From contig DAOPJM010000007.1 of the NCBI GenBank assembly GCA_035399665.1, positions 2,309 to 66,308 of the forward strand: a stretch of DNA of 64,000 bases, written 5' to 3'. This stretch comes from Clostridia bacterium (GTDB lineage Bacteria; Bacillota; Clostridia; Christensenellales; CAG-138). Under the pieces are notes generated by a model that was given only the letters and a program-made list of their open reading frames with translations, did not search any database and had not been told where the DNA came from. How positions within the stretch are numbered: the first letter of the stretch is position 1; every line of letters begins with the position of its first letter. Made by a program: the position numbers and the translations under genes. Below are positions 26,628-35,546 of the stretch, one piece after another.

Positions 26628-28700
26628 ATGAAAGACTACACGGCACAGAACATTCGCAACATCGGCATTTTTGGTCATGGCGGCGAAGGTAAGACCACCC
26701 TTACCGAGGCTATGCTCTTTAACGCGGGCTTGCTCGACCGTATGGGCAGAGTTGATAATGGAACGACGACGACGGACTTCGATCCTGAGGAAATCAAGCG
26801 CAACATTTCCATCAACATGGCTCTTGCCCCTCTTGAGTGGAAGGATACGAAGATCAACATCATCGACGCTCCCGGCTTCTTCGATTTCTATGGCGAAGTC
26901 GCCGCAGCGATGGCTCTGTGTGACAGCGCTCTGATCGTCGTTGGCGCGGTCTCCGGACCTGACGTAGGCGCCGAAAAAGCCATGGCGATGTGCGCCGCGG
27001 CTAAGAAGGCCCGCTTGCTCGTCATCAATCAGATGGACAGAGAGAACGCGAACTTTGACAAGGTCATGGAAGCCATTACCGAGAAGTTCGGACCCAACGC
27101 GGTTCCCATACAGCTCCCCATCGTTGAAGGCGGAGCATTCACCGGATATGTCGATATCCTCAGCATGAGCGCCAAGCTGTTCAAGGGCAAGGACACCATT
27201 AATGCGGATATCCCCGCGAAGCTCAAGGCCGAGGCTCAGTCCCTCTATGAAAGATTGACCGAAGCTGCCGCTGAGACCGACGAGGACCTCATGGAGAAGT
27301 ACTTTGAGGAGGGCGAGCTGTCCCACGAGGACATTCTTTCCGGTCTCTCAAACGGCGTGCTGAACGGTGAAGTCACTCCCGTTTGCTGCTGCTCCGCTGT
27401 CAACAACATCGGCGTAATCACCCTGCTTGACGATGCGGTGCGCTATCTGCCCTCCGCCGCCGAAACGAAGCTGCCTGAAGCTTTCGACGCCAGAACCAAC
27501 GAGCCTATCGAGCTTACCAGGGACGGGCGCTTTGTCGCAAGCGTATATAAGACCATCAACGACCAGTTCGGCAAGTACTCAATCGTCAAGATTCATCGCG
27601 GCGTACTGGATGCTTCCGTAACTCCCTATAACTCCAACTCTGAAAAGACCGAGCGCGCTTCCGCTCCGTTCATCATGCGCGGCAAAAAGTCCATCGCTGT
27701 TGAGCGTCTTTTCGCGGGCGATATCGGCGCTCTTGCCAAGCTGCAGAACACCGCCACCAACGACACGCTCTGCGATCAGGCCGAGCCTGTCAAGGTTGCG
27801 CCCATCGACTTCCCGCAGCCCTTTATCAACCTCGCGGTCTCCGCTAAGAAGCAGGGCGAGGACGATAAGGTTATCTCGGGTCTGTACAGAATTCGTGAAG
27901 AGGATCCCACCATTCGCATTGAGAAGAACATCGAGACCGGCGACGTGCTGATCTGCGGTCTTGGCGAGATGCATATCGATGTGGTTTGCTCCAAGCTCAA
28001 GAACAAGTTCAATGTGGAAGCTCAGCTTACCGACCCGCATATTCCGTATCGTGAAACCATTCGTGCCTCCGCGGAAGCAGAAGGTAAGCACAAGAAGCAG
28101 AGCGGCGGCAGCGGTCAGTTTGGCGTTGTCCAGATGCGCTTTGAGCCGACCACCGATGGTACGGACTTTGAGTTTGTCAACGCCATTGTCGGCGGTGTAG
28201 TTCCCAAGGAATACATCCCCGCGGTTGAGAAGGGCTTGAAGGAAGCCATGCTGCATGGTGTTCTTGCCGGCTATCCCATGATTGGCGTCAAGGCTACCCT
28301 GTACGACGGCAAATATCACCCCGTTGATTCAAAGGAAGTCGCTTTCAAGAGCGCGGCTCGTCTGTCCTACAAGGCAGCTTGCGCTAAGGCCTCCCCCGCC
28401 CTCATCGAGCCGATCTACAGCTACAACATCTTCGTTCCCAACGACTATGTTGGCGCTGTCATAGGCGACTTGAACCGCAGACGCGGCAGGATGCTTGGTA
28501 TGAACCCCGTTGACGGCGGCACCGAGGTCATCGCGGAAGCTCCGCTTTCCGAGATGTTCAAGTACGCAACCGACCTGCGCTCCATGACGCAGGCTCGCGG
28601 TTCGTTCACCAGCGAATTTGTCCGCTATGAGGATGTTCCTGCCAACATCGCTCAGAAGATTATCGAGTCCGCAAAGCATGTGGACGAGGACGAGGACTAA
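26628..28700 (+). CDS. Elongation factor G paralog (EF-G2-like translational GTPase)
   Basis: 690 aa. G1 GHGGEGKTT, G3 DAPG, G4 NQMD, and EF-G domains II-V by length and C-terminal conservation. It is not in an str-operon context. Confidence 0.8.
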   Translation: MKDYTAQNIRNIGIFGHGGEGKTTLTEAMLFNAGLLDRMGRVDNGTTTTDFDPEEIKRNISINMALAPLEWKDTKINIIDAPGFFDFYGEVAAAMALCDSALIVVGAVSGPDVGAEKAMAMCAAAKKARLLVINQMDRENANFDKVMEAITEKFGPNAVPIQLPIVEGGAFTGYVDILSMSAKLFKGKDTINADIPAKLKAEAQSLYERLTEAAAETDEDLMEKYFEEGELSHEDILSGLSNGVLNGEVTPVCCCSAVNNIGVITLLDDAVRYLPSAAETKLPEAFDARTNEPIELTRDGRFVASVYKTINDQFGKYSIVKIHRGVLDASVTPYNSNSEKTERASAPFIMRGKKSIAVERLFAGDIGALAKLQNTATNDTLCDQAEPVKVAPIDFPQPFINLAVSAKKQGEDDKVISGLYRIREEDPTIRIEKNIETGDVLICGLGEMHIDVVCSKLKNKFNVEAQLTDPHIPYRETIRASAEAEGKHKKQSGGSGQFGVVQMRFEPTTDGTDFEFVNAIVGGVVPKEYIPAVEKGLKEAMLHGVLAGYPMIGVKATLYDGKYHPVDSKEVAFKSAARLSYKAACAKASPALIEPIYSYNIFVPNDYVGAVIGDLNRRRGRMLGMNPVDGGTEVIAEAPLSEMFKYATDLRSMTQARGSFTSEFVRYEDVPANIAQKIIESAKHVDEDED

Positions 28701-28722
28701 TAGTCGCTTTAATCTAAAGCCA

Positions 28723-28757
28723 AAAGCCGTTGCAGTCAAATGCAGCGGCTTTCTTGT
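28723..28757 (+). terminator. Rho-independent terminator
   Basis: AAAGCCGTTGCA / TGCAGCGGCTTT hairpin followed by a T-rich tail. Confidence 0.55.
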
Positions 28758-28803
28758 ATTCCTGTTTTTCTCAGGTCGTTATGCGCCTGTTCATCGATTG
28801 CGT

Positions 28804-28849
28804 ATAAAGTAAAGAAGACCGCTCCTGTGCCTATTTAATGCAGGTGCGG
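28804..28849 (-). terminator. Terminator of the BY-kinase operon (minus strand)
   Basis: On the minus strand, CCGCACCTG ... CAGGAGCGG stem followed by TCTTCTTTACTTTAT. Confidence 0.5.
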
Positions 28850-28906
28850 CTGTGCGTTTCACGTTGTTCCTCGAAATGCTATGGTTTTTTCGGTGAAGCA
28901 CCAATC

Positions 28907-29542
28907 CTATTTCAAGTGATGCTTCTCCATTTGGGCGCCGTATGTGAAGTAGTCGTTCACGCTGTGCGCGTCTGAAGCCAAGTAGTCATAGCGGTCTTGT
29001 CGCAGCATTCTTGACGCGAGGCGGCGGCGAGGGTCGAATATGCTCAGGGCAAGGGCGTCAACGGACATCTGAAAATAGCATCCAAGCTCATCATACTGAT
29101 CCCACATACTCTTGTCGCGTTGGAGCTGAAAAACCCGTTCGGGGTGGGCAAGGATTACGTCCATGCCTCCGCGCTGAAGGGCGTAAATTATTTCCTCTAC
29201 ATCCCTAAACTCCGATTTACTGCCGAGTTCCAAAAGAAACCTGCGGGTATCTCCCAAACAGAACTCCGCACGATACTCGTCAACCCGTTCGCGCTCGAAC
29301 TCAAACACGGAAAACTCACATCCGAACTCAAGGGATATTCCCATGTCCTCGGCTATGGGCATTAAATCCAAGTACGCGGTCTTGGCGGCAGTCCTGTCCT
29401 TCCATTTGCGGCGATAGTGCGGTGTCGCGATGATTCTGTGTACACCACAGTCCGAAGCGGCTTTAAGCATGGCGATGGATTCCTCCCGCGTTTTGGCTCC
29501 ATCGTCAACACCATATAGAACATGACTGTGAATGTCCGTCAT
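28907..29542 (-). CDS. PHP-domain manganese-dependent protein-tyrosine phosphatase (CpsB/YwqE family), short form
   Basis: 211 aa. The N-terminal MTDIHSHVLYGVDDGA and ATPHY motifs are diagnostic of CpsB-type phosphatases. Confidence 0.8.
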   Translation of the reverse strand: MTDIHSHVLYGVDDGAKTREESIAMLKAASDCGVHRIIATPHYRRKWKDRTAAKTAYLDLMPIAEDMGISLEFGCEFSVFEFERERVDEYRAEFCLGDTRRFLLELGSKSEFRDVEEIIYALQRGGMDVILAHPERVFQLQRDKSMWDQYDELGCYFQMSVDALALSIFDPRRRLASRMLRQDRYDYLASDAHSVNDYFTYGAQMEKHHLK

Positions 29543-29582
29543 TTTCTTGTCTATTCCGCCTTATCGTCCTGAGCTTCGGCAG

Positions 29583-30314
29583 TCAGGCTTTGGGTTTATT
29601 GCTTTTCTTGCCCTTCTTATTCTTCTTGCCCTTGTCGTTATAGCGGTTGTAATAGTAATAATAATAGTAGTAATGACCTTCCTCGGCTTCGTTGACGCGG
29701 TTGAGAACGACGCCGATTATGTTGGCGTTAGCCTTCTTGAGCTGTTCTACGACCTGCTGCATCAGTCCAAGCTGGACGCGCCCGGGCTGCAGGACAAGGA
29801 CGGTGCCGTCAGCCTGTGAAGCAAGCAGTGCCGCCTCAATGAACGAGCTGAGCGGCGGCGTATCAAAGAGTATTATGTCAAAATACTTGCGCGCCTCTGC
29901 GATCATCAAGGCGAAGCGCTTGGAGTTGACAAACTCGACTGGGTTGGTAATCTTGCCGCCGCAGTCAAGCAGGAACAAACCCTGCTGGCGGGTCTCCTCG
30001 GCCGCTTCAAGTATAGTGGCCTCGCCATAAATAACCTGAAGTGATCCGTACTTCGGACGTTGTCTGAAGTTGTTCGCAAGCATTGGGCGTCGGCAGTCCG
30101 TCTCTACTACAAGCACACGCTTCCCTGTCTCCGCGAACGCCACACCCAAAAAGCAGCAGACGGAGGTCTTGCCCTCGCTTGCCGTCGGGCTTGTTATGAC
30201 CAAGGTTTGCAGCGGCTTATCAAGCTGAGAGAACAATATGTTGGTTCGCAGCGTCTTAACAGCCTCACGGACGCTGGAGCGTGTCTGATAATACTTATCG
30301 ATGATGTTTGCCAT
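29583..30314 (-). CDS. Cytoplasmic BY-kinase (CpsD/CapB/PtkA family) with a C-terminal poly-Tyr cluster
   Basis: 243 aa. Walker A TASEGKTS, Walker A' VLVVETDCRRP, Walker B ILFDTPP. C-terminus ...EEGH-YYYYYYYY-NRY-NDKGKKNKKGKKSNKPKA. Confidence 0.85.
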   Translation of the reverse strand: MANIIDKYYQTRSSVREAVKTLRTNILFSQLDKPLQTLVITSPTASEGKTSVCCFLGVAFAETGKRVLVVETDCRRPMLANNFRQRPKYGSLQVIYGEATILEAAEETRQQGLFLLDCGGKITNPVEFVNSKRFALMIAEARKYFDIILFDTPPLSSFIEAALLASQADGTVLVLQPGRVQLGLMQQVVEQLKKANANIIGVVLNRVNEAEEGHYYYYYYYYNRYNDKGKKNKKGKKSNKPKA

Positions 30315-30328
30315 ATCTGTAATACCCC

Positions 30329-30985
30329 CTACTTGTCGAAACGCGGAATCTTCGCGAGTACCGCAAGCCCTAACTGCTTTTCAACATCCTCCGCCGTTCG
30401 AACCGTTGTGTTCAAAAGCTCTACCACCAAGGCGATGGCAACGGCGGCAACAACGCCTATAACGCCCGCCATCAACGTGTTCTTGAGGGATGCCGGCCCC
30501 GACTGGTACGCCTCGCAAGCAGGCTCGATCTCTCTGATGTTGTCGGTTTGCAGGTATTCCTGTGCCGATTCAATAGCGACCGTCGTCATAGCCTTGACTG
30601 CTTTATACGAGAAGGTTGGATCCGATGATGTTATGGAAATCTTGACCACACGTGTGTCGGTCTCCTTGGTTATCGATATCTTGCAGGCCTCAAGCGTGTC
30701 AAGCGTTACGCCCATGCGAGTTGCTGCCGACTGCATAACGGGGCTTGTATAGACTATCTTGATAAAGTCGTTGATAATCTTTTCACTGGTGCCAAGGTCG
30801 GATCCCGTAATGCTGTTCTCATTCGCCTGATGGAAAACCAATATCTCGGCGTACGATGTGTACTGAGGCGTCGCAACCTGATAGAAGTAAAAACCCGCTA
30901 TCAACACGCAAACCACCGGCAGCAGAATGATAAGCAGCAGCCACTTTCTGAAGATTCTTAAGATGTCATTGATTTTCATATACAC
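30329..30985 (-). CDS. Wzz/CpsC/TkmA-type transmembrane modulator of the BY-kinase
   Basis: 218 aa. An N-terminal TM, a periplasm-like loop, a second TM (GVIGVVAAVAIALVVELL) and a short cytoplasmic tail, which is the Firmicutes split-kinase layout. Confidence 0.75.
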   Translation of the reverse strand: MYMKINDILRIFRKWLLLIILLPVVCVLIAGFYFYQVATPQYTSYAEILVFHQANENSITGSDLGTSEKIINDFIKIVYTSPVMQSAATRMGVTLDTLEACKISITKETDTRVVKISITSSDPTFSYKAVKAMTTVAIESAQEYLQTDNIREIEPACEAYQSGPASLKNTLMAGVIGVVAAVAIALVVELLNTTVRTAEDVEKQLGLAVLAKIPRFDK

Positions 30986-30992
30986 TCACCCG

Positions 30993-32465
30993 CTAAAACT
31001 TTCTTACCCTATTTCTTACAACGATTGTCCAAGCAATCGCAACGACTACAAGGGGTATACCTATCGCAAACAGCAGGATTACCTGCCACTTAAGACCGCC
31101 GCTGTCTTCATCCTCGGCACTCGGCTCGGTTGTTGTATAAACTAAATCATCCGTTTGAGCCGACGCGTACAGCGAACTTGCGTAGAGGGTTTCACTCATC
31201 AAGGGCTGTCCGTCAAAATACACCGTTATATCTATAACGGGATCGCCCACGACGCGGCCGTCCTCGCCCGTGGGGTATGCCTCGCCGTCATAGGACAGCG
31301 AAAACTTTGAAAAGCTATTATTGCCGTAAAGCTCGGTCATGAGGGCGAAGGTCGTTTCGCTGACCAACTTAAGCTTTGTATCGTCATCAAGGTCAAGGGT
31401 CTCCACCCCAAGGGTGCAGATGCTGGAATGCTCGCTCACTGTGCCATTGCAGTACGGGCAATTCGTATTCGACATCATGGTTCGGCACATAGTCGTATAA
31501 TACAGAAGGGCATAGCCGTCGGAAGCGTTATCCAGAAGCTTGACGGCATTGGCGGCCTGCCCGCTCTGATTAGTTATGCCTATGAAGAACACCTGTCCCG
31601 ACAACGTTGGATTCTTTGTCGATGAGGTTTTCCAATCGACTAATTTAGCAAAAGCCATCACGTTGACGCCGTTCCTTACGTTCACCGCATAGCCGCAAAT
31701 ATCAGTGCTGTAAGCCGCGCAAGCCTTGTTGCGCGGATCTGCACTGTTGTCGCCAACCTCAAACCCGCCCTGCGCTAAACATCCTCTAAGGTAGTCGGTG
31801 TTGCCAACCAAAGCACCATCGTCCGCCTGAGTGTAAATGGCATACATAAGCCTTGCAGTGTCCGTTGCGGTACTGGTCTGGCTTGAAGAATAGTTGCCCA
31901 CAGCGTTGCCGTAGTTGGTATTGTTCATGCCAAGCCTATTCGCCTCATCGTTCATCAGGGCGGTCATTATCAAAAGCTTATCACTGACGTCTGCTCCGCT
32001 GACCTGCGTTACCACCGCGCAGCCGAGCGCCGCCGCCGCGTCCTGCGCCTCGCACAGCAGCATTGCCGCGATAAGCTCGCATACCCGTACCTGAGTACCT
32101 TCCACAAGCCCTATCTTCTTACTGTACGGGCCTGTCATCTCCGACGAAATCGTCACCCTTTCGCTGAGCGACAGATGCCGCATCGCAAGCTGTGCAGTCA
32201 TAAGCATGGCAACGCTTCCGCTGCATGAGAAAACCGTGTCGGCGTCCTTGGAGTATATGACGTCGCCCGAATCGGGGCAGAACAGCAGGACGGAGCTGAA
32301 ATACCTTGCTGCGCTGTCGTTGAACGCCTCGCTCCCATATGTGAAAGCTTGAGTGAATTCTTTGGGCAGCACATCATCGCCCGTTTCCTCCGCCAAGACC
32401 ACGGGCATAAAGCACAGTATTACGCATAATGCCGCAAGCGCGGCCGCTATCCTCTTTGTCATCAC
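30993..32465 (-). CDS. Secreted, C-terminally TM-anchored protein with a peptidase-S11 (PBP5/DacB D-Ala-D-Ala carboxypeptidase)-like domain and degenerate catalytic motifs
   Basis: 490 aa. Signal peptide, then ..VLLFCPDSGDVIYSKDADTVFSCSGSVAMLMT..VCELIAAMLLCEAQDAA..EANRLGMNNTNYGN.., which is collinear by eye with DacA/DacB. The SxxK position reads SVAM and the SxN position reads EAQ. There is a C-terminal TM helix. Confidence 0.5.
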   Translation of the reverse strand: MMTKRIAAALAALCVILCFMPVVLAEETGDDVLPKEFTQAFTYGSEAFNDSAARYFSSVLLFCPDSGDVIYSKDADTVFSCSGSVAMLMTAQLAMRHLSLSERVTISSEMTGPYSKKIGLVEGTQVRVCELIAAMLLCEAQDAAAALGCAVVTQVSGADVSDKLLIMTALMNDEANRLGMNNTNYGNAVGNYSSSQTSTATDTARLMYAIYTQADDGALVGNTDYLRGCLAQGGFEVGDNSADPRNKACAAYSTDICGYAVNVRNGVNVMAFAKLVDWKTSSTKNPTLSGQVFFIGITNQSGQAANAVKLLDNASDGYALLYYTTMCRTMMSNTNCPYCNGTVSEHSSICTLGVETLDLDDDTKLKLVSETTFALMTELYGNNSFSKFSLSYDGEAYPTGEDGRVVGDPVIDITVYFDGQPLMSETLYASSLYASAQTDDLVYTTTEPSAEDEDSGGLKWQVILLFAIGIPLVVVAIAWTIVVRNRVRKF

Positions 32466-32503
32466 TTCTCCGTTACAAAGCTAAAAATTAAGCTTGTAAT
32501 TAT

Positions 32504-32531
32504 ATTATACACAATGAAGCGTCTCTGTCAA
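32504..32531 (-). promoter_or_regulatory. Strong promoter TTGACA - 16 nt - TATAAT (minus strand) for the PBP-like/Wzz/BY-kinase/phosphatase operon
   Basis: Plus-strand tgtcaa at 32526-32531 and attata at 32504-32509. Confidence 0.6.
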
Positions 32532-32565
32532 GCGTTCGCATGATATTCGCCTCCATTATGCGGGA

Positions 32566-33759
32566 CTAAAAATTCAGCTCCGGAGTACCTTTCAGCACAT
32601 TGAACCAGTATAGGTACTTCCTTGCTCCAAACCCGAACTTTCCGTGTATCTCCCAATTGTCTGTGTCGGTGCTGAAGATGAGTCTTCGGCTGCCCGCGGC
32701 CGACATTCCGTTGATCTGTCCCAGCTCGAAGAAACGCCCCGCCATATTAAGCCCTCTTCTGTCCATGGTAAGCCTGCCCTCGCAAACCTTCTTGGGGCGC
32801 TCAGAGTCCCTTACGCTCCACAGCTCTATCCTTTCTTCCTTATCATTAGATTCATCAACAAAGCCAAGTGTCGGGTCTTTATCTGCGCGGCTCAAAAATT
32901 CCTTCCATTGCCAAGCGTCCCATGTGGGTATATCCGAAAACCTCGTCCCCGTTATATTGCCCTCCGCAGTATACACAGCCTTCATACCGCAATCGCATTC
33001 CAATACATTATCGTGGCTTCTCATTGTCCCTATCCTGCCGCACTCGGGACAGATAAACAGCAGGCATTCAAGCTTCTCCGCCAAACGCTTTCCGCGAAAC
33101 GCGACACGATCCTTCTGCTGTCTCTTGTAAGCGTCCTCATAGAGGTCCTCGTTGATATGCGCGTTGACCTCCTCGATGCTCATGGTCTTGAGCTGTTCGG
33201 GGGTGTAGACGTTGACGACCCTGCCGCGCATCTTACCCCTTCTTATCGTCTTGCTCCAACGCGGCGAGGTGAAGTACCCTCCCTGAACGTTGTATGTTAC
33301 CAGAGCCGCTCCGCAAATCTTGGCTAATTTGCCCGTAGCCTTTGGTATAGGTGTGGTTTTGCCCACGAACGAGCGGTTGCCCTCGGCAAAAATACAGACG
33401 TTCTTACCGCTCTTGAGCGTTCGAATTATATCCATAACGGTCGAGGACGCAAGCTGCCCCTTCATCCTTGCAATGGGAGCGAACGCCCATTTGAGCAGCC
33501 TTGCGGTGAAATTGTTCCTCAGAACATGTTCGCTGGCGACAAAATACATCTGCTCCTTAAAGCTCAGCGCCACAAGAGCGGGATCCAAGTCGGTATTGTG
33601 GTTTGAAAGCACCAAGTAATTGCTCACCATCTCGGGTGCAGGCGTACATTCATACGCGAACATCCTTCTCAGAGCGCCGCCCAAGGTTACAAACAAAAAG
33701 CGGTATATCCTCTTATGCCTTCGAAAATCCTTCTCGGTGTTCTTTGTCTTTGTCGTCAT
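32566..33759 (-). CDS. PlsC-family (lysophospholipid/glycerolipid) acyltransferase with a C-terminal Zn-ribbon-containing extension
   Basis: 397 aa. HX4D motif NHNTDLD, FAEGNRS motif. The C-terminal half contains CPECG-x13-CDCG. Confidence 0.65.
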   Translation of the reverse strand: MTTKTKNTEKDFRRHKRIYRFLFVTLGGALRRMFAYECTPAPEMVSNYLVLSNHNTDLDPALVALSFKEQMYFVASEHVLRNNFTARLLKWAFAPIARMKGQLASSTVMDIIRTLKSGKNVCIFAEGNRSFVGKTTPIPKATGKLAKICGAALVTYNVQGGYFTSPRWSKTIRRGKMRGRVVNVYTPEQLKTMSIEEVNAHINEDLYEDAYKRQQKDRVAFRGKRLAEKLECLLFICPECGRIGTMRSHDNVLECDCGMKAVYTAEGNITGTRFSDIPTWDAWQWKEFLSRADKDPTLGFVDESNDKEERIELWSVRDSERPKKVCEGRLTMDRRGLNMAGRFFELGQINGMSAAGSRRLIFSTDTDNWEIHGKFGFGARKYLYWFNVLKGTPELNF

Positions 33760-33792
33760 GCCCTGCCTCGAAAAACCTTATCCTATCCTTTG

Positions 33793-35064
33793 TCAGCTCT
33801 TTGCCAGTTGTTCGAGCGCCGCGAGCCTTGCCGCTATGCACAGCACCTTTGCCGCCTGCTTCACATCATCAAGCTGAGCGTATGAGGGAGCGATTCGCAG
33901 ATTGCTGTCCTCGGGGTCTTCCCCGCCTGGGTAGGTCGCGCCCGCTGCCGTGAGCTTGACGCCCGCGTCTAAACAGAGCTTCGCTACCCGCTTCGCAGTA
34001 TGCGGCATCACATAAAGGCTGACGAAGTATCCGCCCTTGGGGTCATGCCAATGCGCTATGCCGCGAGGGGCAAGCTGCAAATTCAGCTCCGATATGACCG
34101 CCTCGAACTTGGGTCTTAATATCTCGGCGTGCTTGGCCATATGCTTGACCGTCGTCGCCTTATCCTTCAAAAAGCGCACATGCGCCAGCTCCATAAGCTT
34201 GCTGTAACTGATTATTTGAGCGCCCGCAAGCTTCTTGTACCAAGCGATATTGTCCTGTGAGCCTGCAATCGCGGATATACCGCTGCCCGCATAGGTGACC
34301 TTTGAAGTCGAAGCGAACTCAAATACCCTGTCGGCGTTTCCCGATTCGGCGCACAGGCTGATGATGCTGGGCAGATATGCCGGCTCGCCATAGAGGGAAT
34401 GTACGCAGTAGGCGTTGTCCCACATGATAAGGAAGTCAGGTTCCGCGGTCTTCATGGACGCGAAGCGTTTGCAGGTCTCCTCGCTGTACACAAAGCCATC
34501 GGGATTGCTGTACTTGGGAACGCACCAAATGCCCTTCACGCCCTTCTCATTGGCGTACTTCTCAACCAAATCCATGTCCGGGCCATCCTCGGTCATGGGA
34601 ATCGGTATCATCTCAAAGCCGAACGAACGATTGATGGTAAAGTGGCGATCGTAGCCCGGAACGGGACACATGAAGCGGATATGCTCCTCCCTATCCCACG
34701 GGCGAACGCTCATTGGCAGTCCGAAAACCATGGCTTTGCTGATGAGGTCATACATCATGGCAAGGCTTGCGCTTCCGCCTATGAATACCTGCTCAGGCTT
34801 GCAGTCCAAAAGCTCCGCAAAGAGCTTCTTGGTGGAAGGCAGACCGCCGAGCATACCGTAGTTGCGCACATCCACGCCATCCATGACAAAGTCGTTGTTG
34901 ATTGTTGCAAACATCCCATCCGAAAGGTCAAGCTGCTCCGTGGCGGGCTTGCCCCTCGTTAGATCCAGCGACAGCTTAAGCGCGCAGATCTCATCGTACT
35001 CTTTCCTTGTTGCTTCCAATTCGGAAGTCAATTCCGCAGTTGTCAGATTACCGTACTCCTTCAC
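33793..35064 (-). CDS. PLP-dependent aminotransferase (fold type I; aspartate-aminotransferase-like family)
   Basis: 423 aa. LDLTRGKP N-terminal motif, KYSNPDG, PLP-Lys context ASTSKVTYAGSG. Confidence 0.7.
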   Translation of the reverse strand: MKEYGNLTTAELTSELEATRKEYDEICALKLSLDLTRGKPATEQLDLSDGMFATINNDFVMDGVDVRNYGMLGGLPSTKKLFAELLDCKPEQVFIGGSASLAMMYDLISKAMVFGLPMSVRPWDREEHIRFMCPVPGYDRHFTINRSFGFEMIPIPMTEDGPDMDLVEKYANEKGVKGIWCVPKYSNPDGFVYSEETCKRFASMKTAEPDFLIMWDNAYCVHSLYGEPAYLPSIISLCAESGNADRVFEFASTSKVTYAGSGISAIAGSQDNIAWYKKLAGAQIISYSKLMELAHVRFLKDKATTVKHMAKHAEILRPKFEAVISELNLQLAPRGIAHWHDPKGGYFVSLYVMPHTAKRVAKLCLDAGVKLTAAGATYPGGEDPEDSNLRIAPSYAQLDDVKQAAKVLCIAARLAALEQLAKS

Positions 35065-35066
35065 TT

Positions 35067-35546
35067 CTAAACCCCCAATCGTTTTTTCATTGTTTTCTCA
35101 ACAGCGTTGAGTATGTTCTCATATCCCGTACAGCGGCACAGATGTCCTGACAGAAGTTTCTTTAGCTCCTCCCTCGTATACAGCTTTCCGCTTTCGAGTA
35201 TCTCCACGGCGCTCATGATGAAGCCCGGCGTGCAGAAACCGCATTGCACCGCCGCCTCGTCCACAAAGGCCTGTTGAATGTCGGACAGCTCCCCATTGGG
35301 TCCTAAGAGGCTTTCAAGCGTCCTTATGCTCTTGCCCTCCGCCCATACCGCAAGGTATATGCAGGAGTTGTAACATTCGCCGTCGATTATGACGTTGCAC
35401 GCGCCGCACTCCCCGACCTCACAGCCCTTCTTTACGGAGGTCAATCGGTAGTCGTTTCTGAGCATATCGGTGAGTGACGCTCTAACATCAACCACGGTGG
35501 TGGTCGGTATGCCATTGATGGTACATTTGATTATCTTGGTTTGCAT
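35067..35546 (-). CDS. Xanthine-dehydrogenase-family [2Fe-2S] small subunit
   Basis: 159 aa. CEVGECGAC and CGFCTPG cluster motifs. Confidence 0.9.
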   Translation of the reverse strand: MQTKIIKCTINGIPTTTVVDVRASLTDMLRNDYRLTSVKKGCEVGECGACNVIIDGECYNSCIYLAVWAEGKSIRTLESLLGPNGELSDIQQAFVDEAAVQCGFCTPGFIMSAVEILESGKLYTREELKKLLSGHLCRCTGYENILNAVEKTMKKRLGV

